Position numbers and translations under genes: made by a program. The notes under the pieces are model-generated. The model worked only from the letters and a program-made list of their open reading frames with translations, was not told the origin of the DNA and did no database searches. DNA of 37,169 bases from Thermoplasmatota archaeon. Its GTDB lineage: Archaea > Thermoplasmatota > Thermoplasmata > Halarchaeoplasmatales > Halarchaeoplasmataceae. The DNA lies in contig JAZKSP010000003.1 in NCBI GenBank assembly GCA_036626005.1, forward strand, positions 1 through 37,169, read 5' to 3'. Of the stretch, positions 1-9,917 are shown piece by piece. Each line of letters opens with the position of its first letter. The stretch's first letter is position 1.

Positions 1-50
1 AAGATACTAACGTCGGGACTTGGAGAAGTGAAGAAGAGGAAGAAGAGTAA
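1..50 (+). CDS. 3' end of an upstream gene (partial; ...DTNVGTWRSEEEEEE*)
   Basis: Frame starting at nt 3 reads an acidic tail ending in TAA at 48-50, followed by a T-rich terminator-like tract. Confidence 0.5.
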   Translation, partial: DTNVGTWRSEEEEEE

Positions 51-93
51 AAACCTTTTCCAAAGACCCTCTTTTTATATTTTTACTTTTTTC
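49..93 (+). terminator. T-rich terminator-like tract between convergent genes
   Basis: AAAAACCTTTTCC followed by CTTTTT/TTTTT/TTTTTT runs immediately after the stop. Confidence 0.5.
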
Positions 94-99
94 GAGGAT

Positions 100-645
100 T
101 CATATCTCATATCTTATTTCTTTTGGTAATTTCATCCCATCCCCTTCTTCTGAGTATACTTGAAGAATATTATATATATCTGGTTTATAAGATATCTTTT
201 TTTGTATTTTGCATCGATCTTTTAAGAGATTTCCCACTCGCATTACATCCTTTTCATCCAAGTAATTTGGAGTGTATACTCTGATAATATGTTCTTCAGA
301 GTCTTTTTTCTCTCTGATCCATCTAGTGGTAACTTGAGCCCCCCAAATTTTATCCTCATGGACCAGGTTTCTTATTTTACTCCATACATCATCCACTCTT
401 TCGGGTAAAACGGGGACTTCCCATTTACCACTGAGATAAGCGTCATCCACTGCTCTCTTATCAATTTTTTTGACTTTAGGATTTTTATAATCCTTTAAAT
501 GAGCTTTTTTCATAGATTCTGGATCTGAAACATCATTTTCTTCTATATATTCGTTAACTCTATCCGGACTATCTTCTAATCCACAGAGTAACCACTCTTT
601 CCCTTTTTCCTTTACTTCTGAAGGATTTTCGTTTATAGGTGACAT
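100..645 (-). CDS. DUF1917 / Bles03-like (eIF4E-like fold, putative phosphothreonine lyase domain) protein
   Basis: Motifs SGKW..., VDDVWSKI, HIIRVYTPNYLDEKDVMRV, ISYKPDIY; upstream GAAAGATTTATTA BRE/TATA. Confidence 0.7.
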   Translation of the reverse strand: MSPINENPSEVKEKGKEWLLCGLEDSPDRVNEYIEENDVSDPESMKKAHLKDYKNPKVKKIDKRAVDDAYLSGKWEVPVLPERVDDVWSKIRNLVHEDKIWGAQVTTRWIREKKDSEEHIIRVYTPNYLDEKDVMRVGNLLKDRCKIQKKISYKPDIYNILQVYSEEGDGMKLPKEIRYEI

Positions 646-773
646 ATTTTATTTGGATATTGGTACTGAACGTAATAAATCTTTCTTCTTAATATATATT
701 TAGATATTACTTAATAAAAACCAAAAAGTTATCCTATTTAACTAGAATATAGTTCTCTTAGTATGGCCATCAA

Positions 774-1610
774 TCAACTTTCTTCGAGAATATATTTTTT
801 AAGAGCCCATTTTACACCTTGATTTTTGCATGAAGGAGCGACTTCATCCGCTACTTCCTTTACATAGTTTGGAGAATTTCTCATGGCGATCCCTTTACCA
901 GCAAATTCCAACATCTCGATATCGACTTCATCGTCTCCTAGAGCTAAAACATCATCTTCTGAAATACTCATCTTTTCACAGACCAATTCAAGAGCTTTCT
1001 TTTTAGAGACTTGGGAAGGATAAACGGTCAATGCAACCCACTTTTGAAATCGATGATGTCTGTCCAATCTCACGTTATCAGAAAGATTTTCAACATAGTT
1101 CTCAAAGTCTTTCAATCTTTCTTGACTACCCCCATCAGCGTGCATCATGATAGAGACCGGCGAACCTTCATCTAACGCCTCAATGTTATTGTCAACAAGT
1201 CTTGTCACAGAGTTTGGTTCAAGCTGTGCGTTTTTTTCGACTCTTTTTCTTCTCCAAAATTTTTTCTCCTTAAAGATCGTAGTTATTTCGAAATCCTTTT
1301 CGTCAGAATATATGATGAGTTCCTCCGCAATATCACGATCTAAATGGATTTCAAACCAGTCTTTGCATTTTCCTATACCCTTCCAGCCCGGTCCGATCAC
1401 CCTTGCTCCGTTAGTACATATCAGAGGATACTTATCGATATTCAAATCTTCTAAAATTAGTGAAGTTGAAAATCGCATCCTAGTTGTCGCTGGGATTATA
1501 GGCACATCCTTTCCCAGTATTCTCTTAAGGACTCTTACATCTTCTGGGTGTAGCCTTTTGTCCGTGCAGAGAGTGCCGTCAAGATCGATCGCTACGGCCT
1601 TATATTCCAT
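774..1610 (-). CDS. Cof-type HAD-IIB family hydrolase
   Basis: DLDGTL motif I, ATTR motif II, SKKKAL motif III, GDDEVDIEML motif IV. Confidence 0.9.
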   Translation of the reverse strand: MEYKAVAIDLDGTLCTDKRLHPEDVRVLKRILGKDVPIIPATTRMRFSTSLILEDLNIDKYPLICTNGARVIGPGWKGIGKCKDWFEIHLDRDIAEELIIYSDEKDFEITTIFKEKKFWRRKRVEKNAQLEPNSVTRLVDNNIEALDEGSPVSIMMHADGGSQERLKDFENYVENLSDNVRLDRHHRFQKWVALTVYPSQVSKKKALELVCEKMSISEDDVLALGDDEVDIEMLEFAGKGIAMRNSPNYVKEVADEVAPSCKNQGVKWALKKYILEES

Positions 1611-1707
1611 CAAAGTAAAGCTTGTTTTACTGATATAAAATCTTATTCCAAGAAAGATTTTTATTGTTTAATAAAATATTAATGAGGGATAAAAGATATA
1701 TCTATAT

Positions 1708-2229
1708 TCATATCCCTTCATATACAGACATATCTAAATCATCGATCGAAATATTCTCACCTTCGCCTCTTAAAATCTCCTCATACATCTCTTTTTCCTC
1801 CTCTAGAGAAAATTGATGTCCTTTTTCCATAACCGCTATGTAGTTAAATAACTCGCTGTGTTTTTCTTTTTTCTCCGCTAAGCTATAATATAACTCATAC
1901 GCATTTTTTTCCGCTTCAATCGCTGATTCTAAGGCCTCTATGAACGAATTCACTTTATCATTATCAATCTCGATAAACTCTCCTTCATGAGGGGGTAAAC
2001 CTTTTCCATCAGGGACAATATATTCTTTATCCCCAAATTCATGCTTGTGAAGTTCGAGAAGCCTTTGTTTGTGATCTAATTCATCTTCTGCTAGACTTTG
2101 GAAACGGTCTGATGCCAGGCCAGAAAGCTTTTCAGATATCACCTTATAAGCGGCATAAGCGTTTTCTTCTCCTTTTATAGAATAACCTAAAAGTTCTTCA
2201 AAGCTTATCTCGTCAAATTCAGACCTCAT
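1708..2229 (-). CDS. ferritin-like / rubrerythrin-family di-iron protein
   Basis: Two helical halves: GEENAY...EDELDH and AEKNAY...MEKGH (E..ExxH pattern); ATG at 2229 preferred to GTG 2238. Confidence 0.85.
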   Translation of the reverse strand: MRSEFDEISFEELLGYSIKGEENAYAAYKVISEKLSGLASDRFQSLAEDELDHKQRLLELHKHEFGDKEYIVPDGKGLPPHEGEFIEIDNDKVNSFIEALESAIEAEKNAYELYYSLAEKKEKHSELFNYIAVMEKGHQFSLEEEKEMYEEILRGEGENISIDDLDMSVYEGI

Positions 2230-2362
2230 GATTATCACAGGGTAATAACTTTACCTATTATTAATCTCTTTCCAACATACTATAAATATGTTTATAATGA
2301 AATATTTTTATCTCTTCTAAAAAAAGAGCTCGATATTAAGAAAACAATAGAGGGTTCCTAGT

Positions 2363-3049
2363 TCAAAAGATACTTGGGGAGTAATAGAACCGGGCCCGAG
2401 GATCACTAGGATCTGCCCGTTTTTTACTTCCGCCGGTATCTAGCTTCGAATCAGGGAGTTCGTATTCTTCTAATACTTTCTTTACCCAATCTTCATCTTT
2501 TGTCATGTCGACCAATTTTTCTACTTTGAACTTCTTTCGAAGATCACGGATGATATCCCCAGTGAAAAACTCCTGGGTTTTATTTGGATTCACCACCGCA
2601 TACGAATTTGGAGTTTTAGCTAGGGCCAAAAGTTGATCATTTTTCATCAAACCATCGACAACCTTCCTGAAATATTTCCCATGTTTTAAGCGTTTGATCG
2701 TAGGTTTATCTATGTAAGGAAGCATATCTCTTAAAAATTTCGATAGATTCACACGATTTGTATTTTTATAAGTGTCCCACCTCTCACTGTATTCAGATTT
2801 GACGAATGCTTCTCTTCCTATCTCATCTCTAATATCTTTAGATTTCAAGAAATATGGACGCAATTGAAGTTTTTTATCTACCTTTTTTACATCTCGCAAA
2901 GACTCATATTTTAGGTGTTCAAGTTTTATATAGTCAGCATGTTCATCCGTTCTATGGCTGAATTCTTCAATAAATTTCTCGTTACTATACCTCCTAACCA
3001 AGGACGTATTCATTTCGATAAGTTCGAACTCTTGTAATATCGAGTCCAT
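2363..3049 (-). CDS. hypothetical protein (Lys/Arg-rich, no recognised family)
   Basis: 228-aa ORF filling the space, with genome-like codon usage and GGAGG upstream. Confidence 0.75.
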   Translation of the reverse strand: MDSILQEFELIEMNTSLVRRYSNEKFIEEFSHRTDEHADYIKLEHLKYESLRDVKKVDKKLQLRPYFLKSKDIRDEIGREAFVKSEYSERWDTYKNTNRVNLSKFLRDMLPYIDKPTIKRLKHGKYFRKVVDGLMKNDQLLALAKTPNSYAVVNPNKTQEFFTGDIIRDLRKKFKVEKLVDMTKDEDWVKKVLEEYELPDSKLDTGGSKKRADPSDPRARFYYSPSIF

Positions 3050-3255
3050 ATGTTATGTCATCTATCCTCCATTACTTATTTGTTTTGGTGATTTATAGAA
3101 GGGTCTATAGCTTTTTAATATATGTGGTTAATAAAAAAATATACTTTTGACTAATAAGGCATATGAAAAACTTATTGAAAAGTCCTATACAAAAAGTTAA
3201 AACAAAATTAGGTCACTAACTAACACATGTGCCGATAAAAAAGGTGTAAGAACAG

Positions 3256-4032
3256 ATGGCTGATCCTGAGTACAGCGGTTTTTTTGCAGAGTTCTATGAT
3301 ATCCTACATTCAAATCTCAATGATGAGGAATTTTACAAAAATTTGGCTGATCAGTACGGCCCTCATATATTGGAGATTGGAAGCGGAACAGGGAGGTTAC
3401 TTCTACCACTCGCTAGGGAAGGATATGAAGTAACTGGATTAGAATTGAACGATGATATGCTAGAGATATGCCGAAAAAAAATGAAGGATGAAAGTAAGGA
3501 AACGCTAGAGAATATCGAGCTCATTAAAGGTGATATGAGGGATTTTAAAATCGATAAAAATTTCGAACTCATCATCGCCCCATGTAATGTGATATGTCAT
3601 ATTCTCAAACGAGTGGATCTCAGAAAGGCTCTATCTTGTTTCAAAGACCACCTGGCTGAAGAGGGAGTCCTTATCATAGATAACAGTATGCCCAATGTTG
3701 AGTCCATGGTAAAAAATAATGAGGAGGAAAAGGTACTCGAATTTACACACCCTAGAAACGGTAGAAAGATCGTCAGTAGTATCACTCCTACATATGATTT
3801 TGTCAAACAAATCGAAAAAGATACCATAGTCATTAAGGAGTTTGAAGGGAATAAAAAAACGAGAGAAGCAAAAGTCGAAGAAAAGCTCACCTTCTATTTT
3901 CCTAGAGAATTGAGAGCGTTACTCAGGTCAGAGGGATATGAAATATTTGAAGAAAGAGGGTCTCTAAATAAGGAAGTTCCTATAGAAGAGAACAGCGATG
4001 AGATGATTTTCCTGTGCAGAGCTTCAAATTGA
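3256..4032 (+). CDS. class I SAM-dependent methyltransferase
   Basis: FAEFYD N-terminus, ILEIGSGTGRL motif I, VTGLELN, GDMRDF, HLAEEGVLIID. Confidence 0.92.
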   Translation: MADPEYSGFFAEFYDILHSNLNDEEFYKNLADQYGPHILEIGSGTGRLLLPLAREGYEVTGLELNDDMLEICRKKMKDESKETLENIELIKGDMRDFKIDKNFELIIAPCNVICHILKRVDLRKALSCFKDHLAEEGVLIIDNSMPNVESMVKNNEEEKVLEFTHPRNGRKIVSSITPTYDFVKQIEKDTIVIKEFEGNKKTREAKVEEKLTFYFPRELRALLRSEGYEIFEERGSLNKEVPIEENSDEMIFLCRASN

Positions 4033-4107
4033 GTAGTTTTAAATTTATCATCTTTATCCTTAGAAAATTTTAAAATACCCGAGTTAGATTTTTAATTGAT
4101 ATCTAAA

Positions 4108-5403
4108 ATGTTCGACCTAGACAAACTAGAAACTGATGAGAAAACTGAGATAAGGGCCGGGATAACGACTTTTCTCACAATGGCTTATATAATAATTGTC
4201 AATCCAGCTATACTTTCCGCTGCCGGTGTACCTCTTTCTGGAGTGCTGTTCGCTACGGTCATCGTCTCTGCCTCAGCATGCATCTTGATGGGAGTGTATG
4301 CAAACCTCCCTTTTGCGCTCGCTCCCGGAATGGGTCTTAATGCGTTCGTGACTTATACGCTGATACTCGGTCAAGGAGTGATATGGGAGACAGCTATGGG
4401 AGCTATAATATTTTCAGGTATAATATTCATGTTACTATCTCTCCCTGGAATAAACGTAAGAGAGAAGATGTTGAGAGCCATACCAGAACCGCTGAGACTC
4501 GGTGTTGCTTCAGGTATAGGTCTTTTCCTAGCTTTCATCGGTCTGCAGGACGGAGGGGTTATCGTGGCAGACGAGGCGACACTAGTCGCCTTTGGAGGTA
4601 TGAGTTGGACAGTCGGTCTTTTCATAGTAGGTTTGATATTGACTGGGATATTACTTTACAAGAAACAGAAAGGGGCCTTAATAATAGGTATACTGAGTGT
4701 AACAGCTTTAGGGCTGATATTGACTACATTAGGAACCGTCAAAGTGGCGACTTTACCGGAGAAAGTTGTACAAATGCCCGATATCTCTCTGGTCGGAGAT
4801 ATCAATTTCGTAAACGTCTTTACCATAGCAATGATAGGGCCTCTATTCACTCTACTTTTTACAGACTTGTTCGACTCTATATCTACCTTCCTCGGAGTTG
4901 CAGAGGCTGGAGATTTTAAAAAGGAAGACGGAGCCCCTAGAAATACAGGCAAAGCTCTTTTCGTCGATGGCTTCGCTACTACCATATCGGGCATCTTCGG
5001 GACTTCACCCGCGACTACTTACGTTGAGAGCGCAAGCGGTGTAGAAGAAGGAGGGAGATCAGGTATGACTGCGGTAGTGGTAGGATTACTATTTCTTCCT
5101 TTCATGTTCATTAGCCCAATAATTGGGATGATCCCGGCAGTCGCTACAGGACCTATTCTCGTGCTTGTAGGTCTATTCATGACAAAAACCGCTCAGAAGA
5201 TAAAGTGGGATGATTACGAAGATTCCATCCCCGCTTTCATAGCGATGATCGCTATACCGCTAACATTCAACATCACCAATGGAATAATCTTGGGAATAAT
5301 TACCTATGTGATCATAAAATCGATATCTGGAGAATTCAGAGAAATACCGATTACTCTCTGGTTCATATTTGCATTCTCGATAGCCGTGCTTTTTCTGTTG
5401 TAG
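4108..5403 (+). CDS. NCS2/AzgA-family nucleobase (purine) permease
   Basis: EIRAGITTFLTMAYIIIVNP, LAPGMGLNAF, DLFDSIST, TYVESASGVEEGGRSG; many TM helices. Confidence 0.93.
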   Translation: MFDLDKLETDEKTEIRAGITTFLTMAYIIIVNPAILSAAGVPLSGVLFATVIVSASACILMGVYANLPFALAPGMGLNAFVTYTLILGQGVIWETAMGAIIFSGIIFMLLSLPGINVREKMLRAIPEPLRLGVASGIGLFLAFIGLQDGGVIVADEATLVAFGGMSWTVGLFIVGLILTGILLYKKQKGALIIGILSVTALGLILTTLGTVKVATLPEKVVQMPDISLVGDINFVNVFTIAMIGPLFTLLFTDLFDSISTFLGVAEAGDFKKEDGAPRNTGKALFVDGFATTISGIFGTSPATTYVESASGVEEGGRSGMTAVVVGLLFLPFMFISPIIGMIPAVATGPILVLVGLFMTKTAQKIKWDDYEDSIPAFIAMIAIPLTFNITNGIILGIITYVIIKSISGEFREIPITLWFIFAFSIAVLFLL

Positions 5404-5497
5404 GTCAAAAATACCAAGTAGTTTTAGTAAACCAAAAAGTCGATAAAAATTTTTAATCCGGTTGTCTAAGAGTCACCACTTTCTCTGATTCGCATTA

Positions 5498-5727
5498 TCA
5501 AATATCAACTACTATTGTAATTGTTGCTTCTCTCTTCTGAAGTACTAAAATAACTCTTTCTATGTTTTCGGCAAGTCAATTTTTTAAACTAATCCCGAAA
5601 TATACATCGCTCAATTCCTCAAAGCTATAAGCTTGCTTTTTTTGGGCCTCCTCTACTTTCCTATATCGTTTTTAGCCCTCACGAAAAAAAATTTCAATTT
5701 CATACTTGTAATGTGTTCCTCTTTATC
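5498..5727 (-). pseudogene. degraded C-terminal remnant of a class I methyltransferase gene
   Basis: Minus strand reads DKEEHITSMKLKFFF/REG*KRYRKVEEAQKKQAYSFEELSDVYFGISLKN*LAENIERVILVLQKRE, with two in-frame stops and a probable frameshift in a T8 run; resembles the C-terminus of YqeM-like MTases. Confidence 0.4.
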
Positions 5728-5745
5728 GACTTATCATAATTATAT

Positions 5746-6564
5746 TTATATATCTTTATAGAAAAGTAGCATCGGACATGTCATACCAGCATCTCCCTTC
5801 CAGAATTCTGATATGTTCAATTTAATCACAGTATATCCTGCATACTCGAGAATCTTGCCTGTATTCTTGTAACCTTCAGGAAGAAGTATTTTTCCTTCAC
5901 CTAAGTAAAGCATATTTATCGGCTTGTTCTGATATCTAGTATCCTGTTCCTCCTTTTTTATCTCCACCAGCTCAAAATCTTCGAAATGATCTGTATCCAC
6001 TATATCTGGACAGACAGCGAGAGTACCGTTTCCTATGAAATTAACACCGGACAATAGATGGAAAACTTCTGAAAACGGCACTTTCACGACTTCTACATCG
6101 GGTAAGTGCTCAGAGAACTGATTTATGCCGCTCTCGTTAGTTCTATCTGATATCCCTACGAATATCTTCTTCTGGTCTGTGACCAAGATATCGCCGCCTT
6201 CTATCGTACCTGGTGGGTCGATACTTTTTATATTGTAACCTTTCTCAACTAAATATTTCCTTATACTGTTCTCCTCTCCCCTCCTTTCTGACACGCCGAA
6301 CCTGCATATCACTGCTGTATTAGAATTTTTACCTATAAAGGCAGTGTCCTGAAGGAAAATACTATCCGGATAAGCTTCAAGAGGAGAGAGTTCTTCAACT
6401 TCAACTCCATTTTTCTCTAAGAGCTTCGCATAATCCTTGTGTTGTTCCAATGCCTTTTTGGGATCGATAGTATCTTTAAGAGGATTCTTAGAGAGACAAT
6501 CCTTATAAGTTTCACCAGGTGGTCTAACCAATACTTCATCAAATAATCTGTCCATAGCTTCCAC
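5746..6564 (-). CDS. dimethylarginine dimethylaminohydrolase / amidinotransferase (pentein) family protein
   Basis: ALEQHKDY, YPDSIFLQDTA, RRGE, IEGGD, RTNESG, HLLSG, GDAGMTC (catalytic Asp/His/Cys pattern). Confidence 0.9.
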   Translation of the reverse strand: MEAMDRLFDEVLVRPPGETYKDCLSKNPLKDTIDPKKALEQHKDYAKLLEKNGVEVEELSPLEAYPDSIFLQDTAFIGKNSNTAVICRFGVSERRGEENSIRKYLVEKGYNIKSIDPPGTIEGGDILVTDQKKIFVGISDRTNESGINQFSEHLPDVEVVKVPFSEVFHLLSGVNFIGNGTLAVCPDIVDTDHFEDFELVEIKKEEQDTRYQNKPINMLYLGEGKILLPEGYKNTGKILEYAGYTVIKLNISEFWKGDAGMTCPMLLFYKDI

Positions 6565-6674
6565 TAGCTTGAAAGGAGATTCTACAGATATAAAATTTTA
6601 GTAACGTGAATCAAAAATTTCAAATTGATCTTTCTTCCGGAAAAGATAAAACGCATGAGGCATACTACCAAACC

Positions 6675-7904
6675 ATGGAGATCAAGATCCCTTATGCCGG
6701 CGATAAGGTAAAAGTTGATATCGAAGAGGAAAAAGTGAATGCGGTTTTTTATCCGAACGAAGTTGAGAAGAAGGATGAAGAACAGGTCATCCTAGATGCA
6801 CTAGAAGATCCTATAGATAAAGATAAATTTTCTGAATTCATCAATGACGAAACATTATTCATAGTCAATGACGCTACCAGACCGACTCCTACCGCCCGAG
6901 TATTGAAGTTGATGGAAAAAGAGATAGAAGAGCATGACGTAGAGTTCATCGTTGCAACCGGCTCTCACCGTGAGCCAACTGAAGAGGAATACGAGCAAAT
7001 ATTCTCCGACCTTTACCGAACCAATAAGGAAAATATCTATTATCACGACGCAAAGAACGACGAAATGGTGGACCATGGTAAAACAGAGAGAGGTACACCC
7101 GTAAAGTTCAATAAAAAGGTATGCGAAGCCGAGAAAGTTGTTGCGATCAATACAGTCGAACCCCACTACTTTGCGGGTTTCACCGGTGGTAGAAAATCTT
7201 TCCTGCCGGGGATAGCTTCTTATGAGACTATCACTGCGAACCATGAATTTGCGCTAGAAAGTGAAGCGCAAACCCTCAAATTGAAGGAAAATCCAGTTCA
7301 CGAAGACATGATGGAAGCTTTCCATAAGTACGAAGGCGAAGTGTTCGCACTCAATATGACTTTAGACAAAGATGGAGATGTTCACAGCGCAACCGCTGGC
7401 AACTTGGAGAAATCCTTCTTGAAAGAGGCCGAAGTGGCCAAAAAAGTGTTCGGCGTCTCGATCGATCAAAGATCAGAGGTTGTAGTCACCGCAGCACACC
7501 CTATAGATATCAATTTATATCAAAGTCACAAAGCATTAGAGAACGGAAAACTAGCACTAAAAGATGGAGGTATAATCATATTGGTCTCCGCGTGTCCAGA
7601 AGGTATCGGACCGAGAAACTTCTACGATCTGATGGCTTCTATCGACGATCCAGAAAAGGTTATGAAAAAGATAGAAGGTGGATACAAACTCGGTTATCAT
7701 AAAGCCGCGAAGATGGTAGAGGTGTGTGAAAACTCATCGATGTGGTGTGTTTCCGATTTGGAGGAAGAGGTAACCGAAAAAGCGTTCATCGAGTCAAAAG
7801 AAGATATTCAAAGCGCTATCGATGAGGCTTTATCAAAAACAGACGGTAAGGCGACATTCCTCGTAGAAGGCGGGATGGTCGTACCAACAGTAGATAACGA
7901 GTGA
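6675..7904 (+). CDS. larA: nickel-pincer-dependent lactate racemase (LarA) family protein
   Basis: NDATRPTPT, ATGSHR, HDA, EPHYFAGFTGGRKS, TANH, NPVHEDM, DINLYQSHKAL; ATG 6675 (MEIKIPY) is the likely start. Confidence 0.9.
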   Translation: MEIKIPYAGDKVKVDIEEEKVNAVFYPNEVEKKDEEQVILDALEDPIDKDKFSEFINDETLFIVNDATRPTPTARVLKLMEKEIEEHDVEFIVATGSHREPTEEEYEQIFSDLYRTNKENIYYHDAKNDEMVDHGKTERGTPVKFNKKVCEAEKVVAINTVEPHYFAGFTGGRKSFLPGIASYETITANHEFALESEAQTLKLKENPVHEDMMEAFHKYEGEVFALNMTLDKDGDVHSATAGNLEKSFLKEAEVAKKVFGVSIDQRSEVVVTAAHPIDINLYQSHKALENGKLALKDGGIIILVSACPEGIGPRNFYDLMASIDDPEKVMKKIEGGYKLGYHKAAKMVEVCENSSMWCVSDLEEEVTEKAFIESKEDIQSAIDEALSKTDGKATFLVEGGMVVPTVDNE

Positions 7905-8007
7905 TTTCCTAACAATTGATACTTTTAGAAAATATCTAGACTATCGGGTCCTAGAATCACAGCTTTAAGAAAGGAAGAAGTAAAGAAAAGGGTTTTGGTA
8001 GGTTAAG

Positions 8008-9693
8008 TTAGTACGGAAGACTATCGTGGTCCTCAAGGAATTCTTCTTCTGCTCTCTCACGAAGTTCTGTTCTCCTGATCTTTCCGCTTATCGTCTTCGG
8101 AAGCTCCTCGACAAATTCGATTTCTCTGGGATATTTGTAAGGTGCGGTGACCTCTTTCACGTGATCCTGTAGCTCCTTCACTAGTTCTTCGTCTGGTTCG
8201 TATTCGTCGTTTAATATGATGTACGCTTTGACTATTTTTCCCCTTACCTCGTGTGGAGCGCCGATGACCGCCGGTTCCTGAACAGCAGGATGTTCCTGAA
8301 GGGCACTTTCGACTTCGAAAGGTCCAATTCTATAACCTGAAGCTTTTATCACGTCGTCGGCTCGACCGACGAACCAGAAGTAACCGTCCTCGTCTTTGTA
8401 TGCTCTGTCTCCAGTGTAATACCAGTCTCCAGAGAAGACACTAGCGGTCTTATCCTCGTCTTTCCAGTATTCCTTGAACAATCCAGGGGGTCTTTCGGGT
8501 TCAACCTTCAATGCTATGTGTCCTTCCTCACCTGTTGGAACTTTGTCGCCGTTGTCGTCTATTATATCTACTTCATGGCCTGGAGTTGGTTTACCCATCG
8601 AACCCGGCTTGACCTCCATGGTCGGATAGTTGGCGACCAATGCAACAGATTCGGTCTGTCCATAATAATCGTAGATCCTGAGACCTGTGAAATCTTCCCA
8701 CTTATCTATGACATCTGGATTTAAAGGCTCACCTGCACTCAGGCAGTGTCTAAGCGAGCTTAAATCATAGCTCTCCACGTCCTCGTTTATCATCATCTTA
8801 TATATCGTAGGAGGTACGCAGAAAGTAGACACATTATAATCCTGCAATATTTTGAGAGCTTTCTTTGGATCGAATTTTCCGGTGATGTTCTGCTGGACCA
8901 CAGTCGCTCCAACGATCCACTGTCCGAAAAGTTTGCCCCATACGGCTTTAGCCCAGCCATTATCGGCTATCGTCCAGTTTATGTCATCTTTCGTAAGGTC
9001 TTGAACATATCTTGCGGTCACTTCATGTCCAAGTGGATAAGATTGGGTATGCAGTACCATCTTAGGTTTTCCAGTTGTTCCAGAAGTGAAATATATGAGA
9101 AGTGGATCGTCGCTCTTCGTTTCTTCTACCTCGTCTTTACTGAGTTCAGGAGAAGAACCATCTAACAGCTCTTCAAAATTCTTCCATCCTTCCTTGTCCT
9201 CTTCGGCCTTGACCAATATGTGATTTTCGAGCGAGGAAAGTTCCTCTTCATCTCTCACCTTTTCGACCTTTTCGTGGTTGGACCAGTCCGTGACGATAGT
9301 ACTTGCTTCAGACCTATTGACTCTGTACTTGATATCTTCTGAGACAGCGAGATTAGGAGTCGGGATGGGTATCACTCCGAGCTTCATCATTCCTAGGACC
9401 GCAACGTACCACTCTGGTATCCTGTGGATAAGGACCATCGCTCTATCTCCTTTTTCCATCCCCATGTCCTTCAGAGCATTGGCAAATTTGTTGGAAAGCT
9501 TTTTTAGCTCTTTGAAAGTATGTTTTTGAGCTTTCTCTCCCGAATTATCTATCGAGATCAATGCAGTTTTGTCCGGCATCTCCTTTGCTCTCTCATCTAC
9601 TTCGTCGAAAGCGAAATTATAGAACTCGGGAACGTCCCACTCGAATTCCTCTCTCACCTTCTCGTAATCGTACATGTTGTGTTCTTCAGCCAT
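8008..9693 (-). CDS. short/medium-chain acyl-CoA synthetase (AMP-forming, ACSM/MACS-like)
   Basis: YFTSGTTGKPK P-loop, SAGEPLN, YGQTE, TGDRA, GRADDVIKASGYRIGPFEVES, LPKTISGKIRR. Confidence 0.95.
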   Translation of the reverse strand: MAEEHNMYDYEKVREEFEWDVPEFYNFAFDEVDERAKEMPDKTALISIDNSGEKAQKHTFKELKKLSNKFANALKDMGMEKGDRAMVLIHRIPEWYVAVLGMMKLGVIPIPTPNLAVSEDIKYRVNRSEASTIVTDWSNHEKVEKVRDEEELSSLENHILVKAEEDKEGWKNFEELLDGSSPELSKDEVEETKSDDPLLIYFTSGTTGKPKMVLHTQSYPLGHEVTARYVQDLTKDDINWTIADNGWAKAVWGKLFGQWIVGATVVQQNITGKFDPKKALKILQDYNVSTFCVPPTIYKMMINEDVESYDLSSLRHCLSAGEPLNPDVIDKWEDFTGLRIYDYYGQTESVALVANYPTMEVKPGSMGKPTPGHEVDIIDDNGDKVPTGEEGHIALKVEPERPPGLFKEYWKDEDKTASVFSGDWYYTGDRAYKDEDGYFWFVGRADDVIKASGYRIGPFEVESALQEHPAVQEPAVIGAPHEVRGKIVKAYIILNDEYEPDEELVKELQDHVKEVTAPYKYPREIEFVEELPKTISGKIRRTELRERAEEEFLEDHDSLPY

Positions 9694-9839
9694 ACTAATC
9701 AGAGCGGTAACTATACTAAAAATAGATAAATCTTTCCCATCATATATGTAGAGCTAAAAAATCGGTCTTCTGAAGAGATATATAGGGACTATTTCTCCCC
9801 TTTTCTGAAGGTTTTAAGACTATTGACTAAGAAAAAATT

Positions 9840-9855
9840 CGACAATTTTATATAT
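9840..9855 (+). promoter_or_regulatory. BRE/TATA box of the thiolase-hbd-crt operon
   Basis: CGACAATTTTATATAT about 65 nt upstream of the thiolase ATG; AGGAG SD before the ATG. Confidence 0.5.
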
Positions 9856-9917
9856 GGGTCAATCATACAACCCAATAGAATCACCTCAATTAGATAATAT
9901 AATACAGGAGAGATAAC

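Noticed and set aside
1708-1760. Possible encapsulin cargo-loading peptide at the ferritin-like protein's C-terminus (ISIDDL)
   Set aside because: Does not match the typical LxVGSL/LGIGSL pattern, and there is no encapsulin gene in the window
3050-3070. GGAGG-ATAG-ATG-ACA-TAA minimal upstream ORF in frame with the 2363-3049 gene
   Set aside because: SD-to-ATG spacing of 4 nt is shorter than the 7-9 nt at other genes here; easily chance
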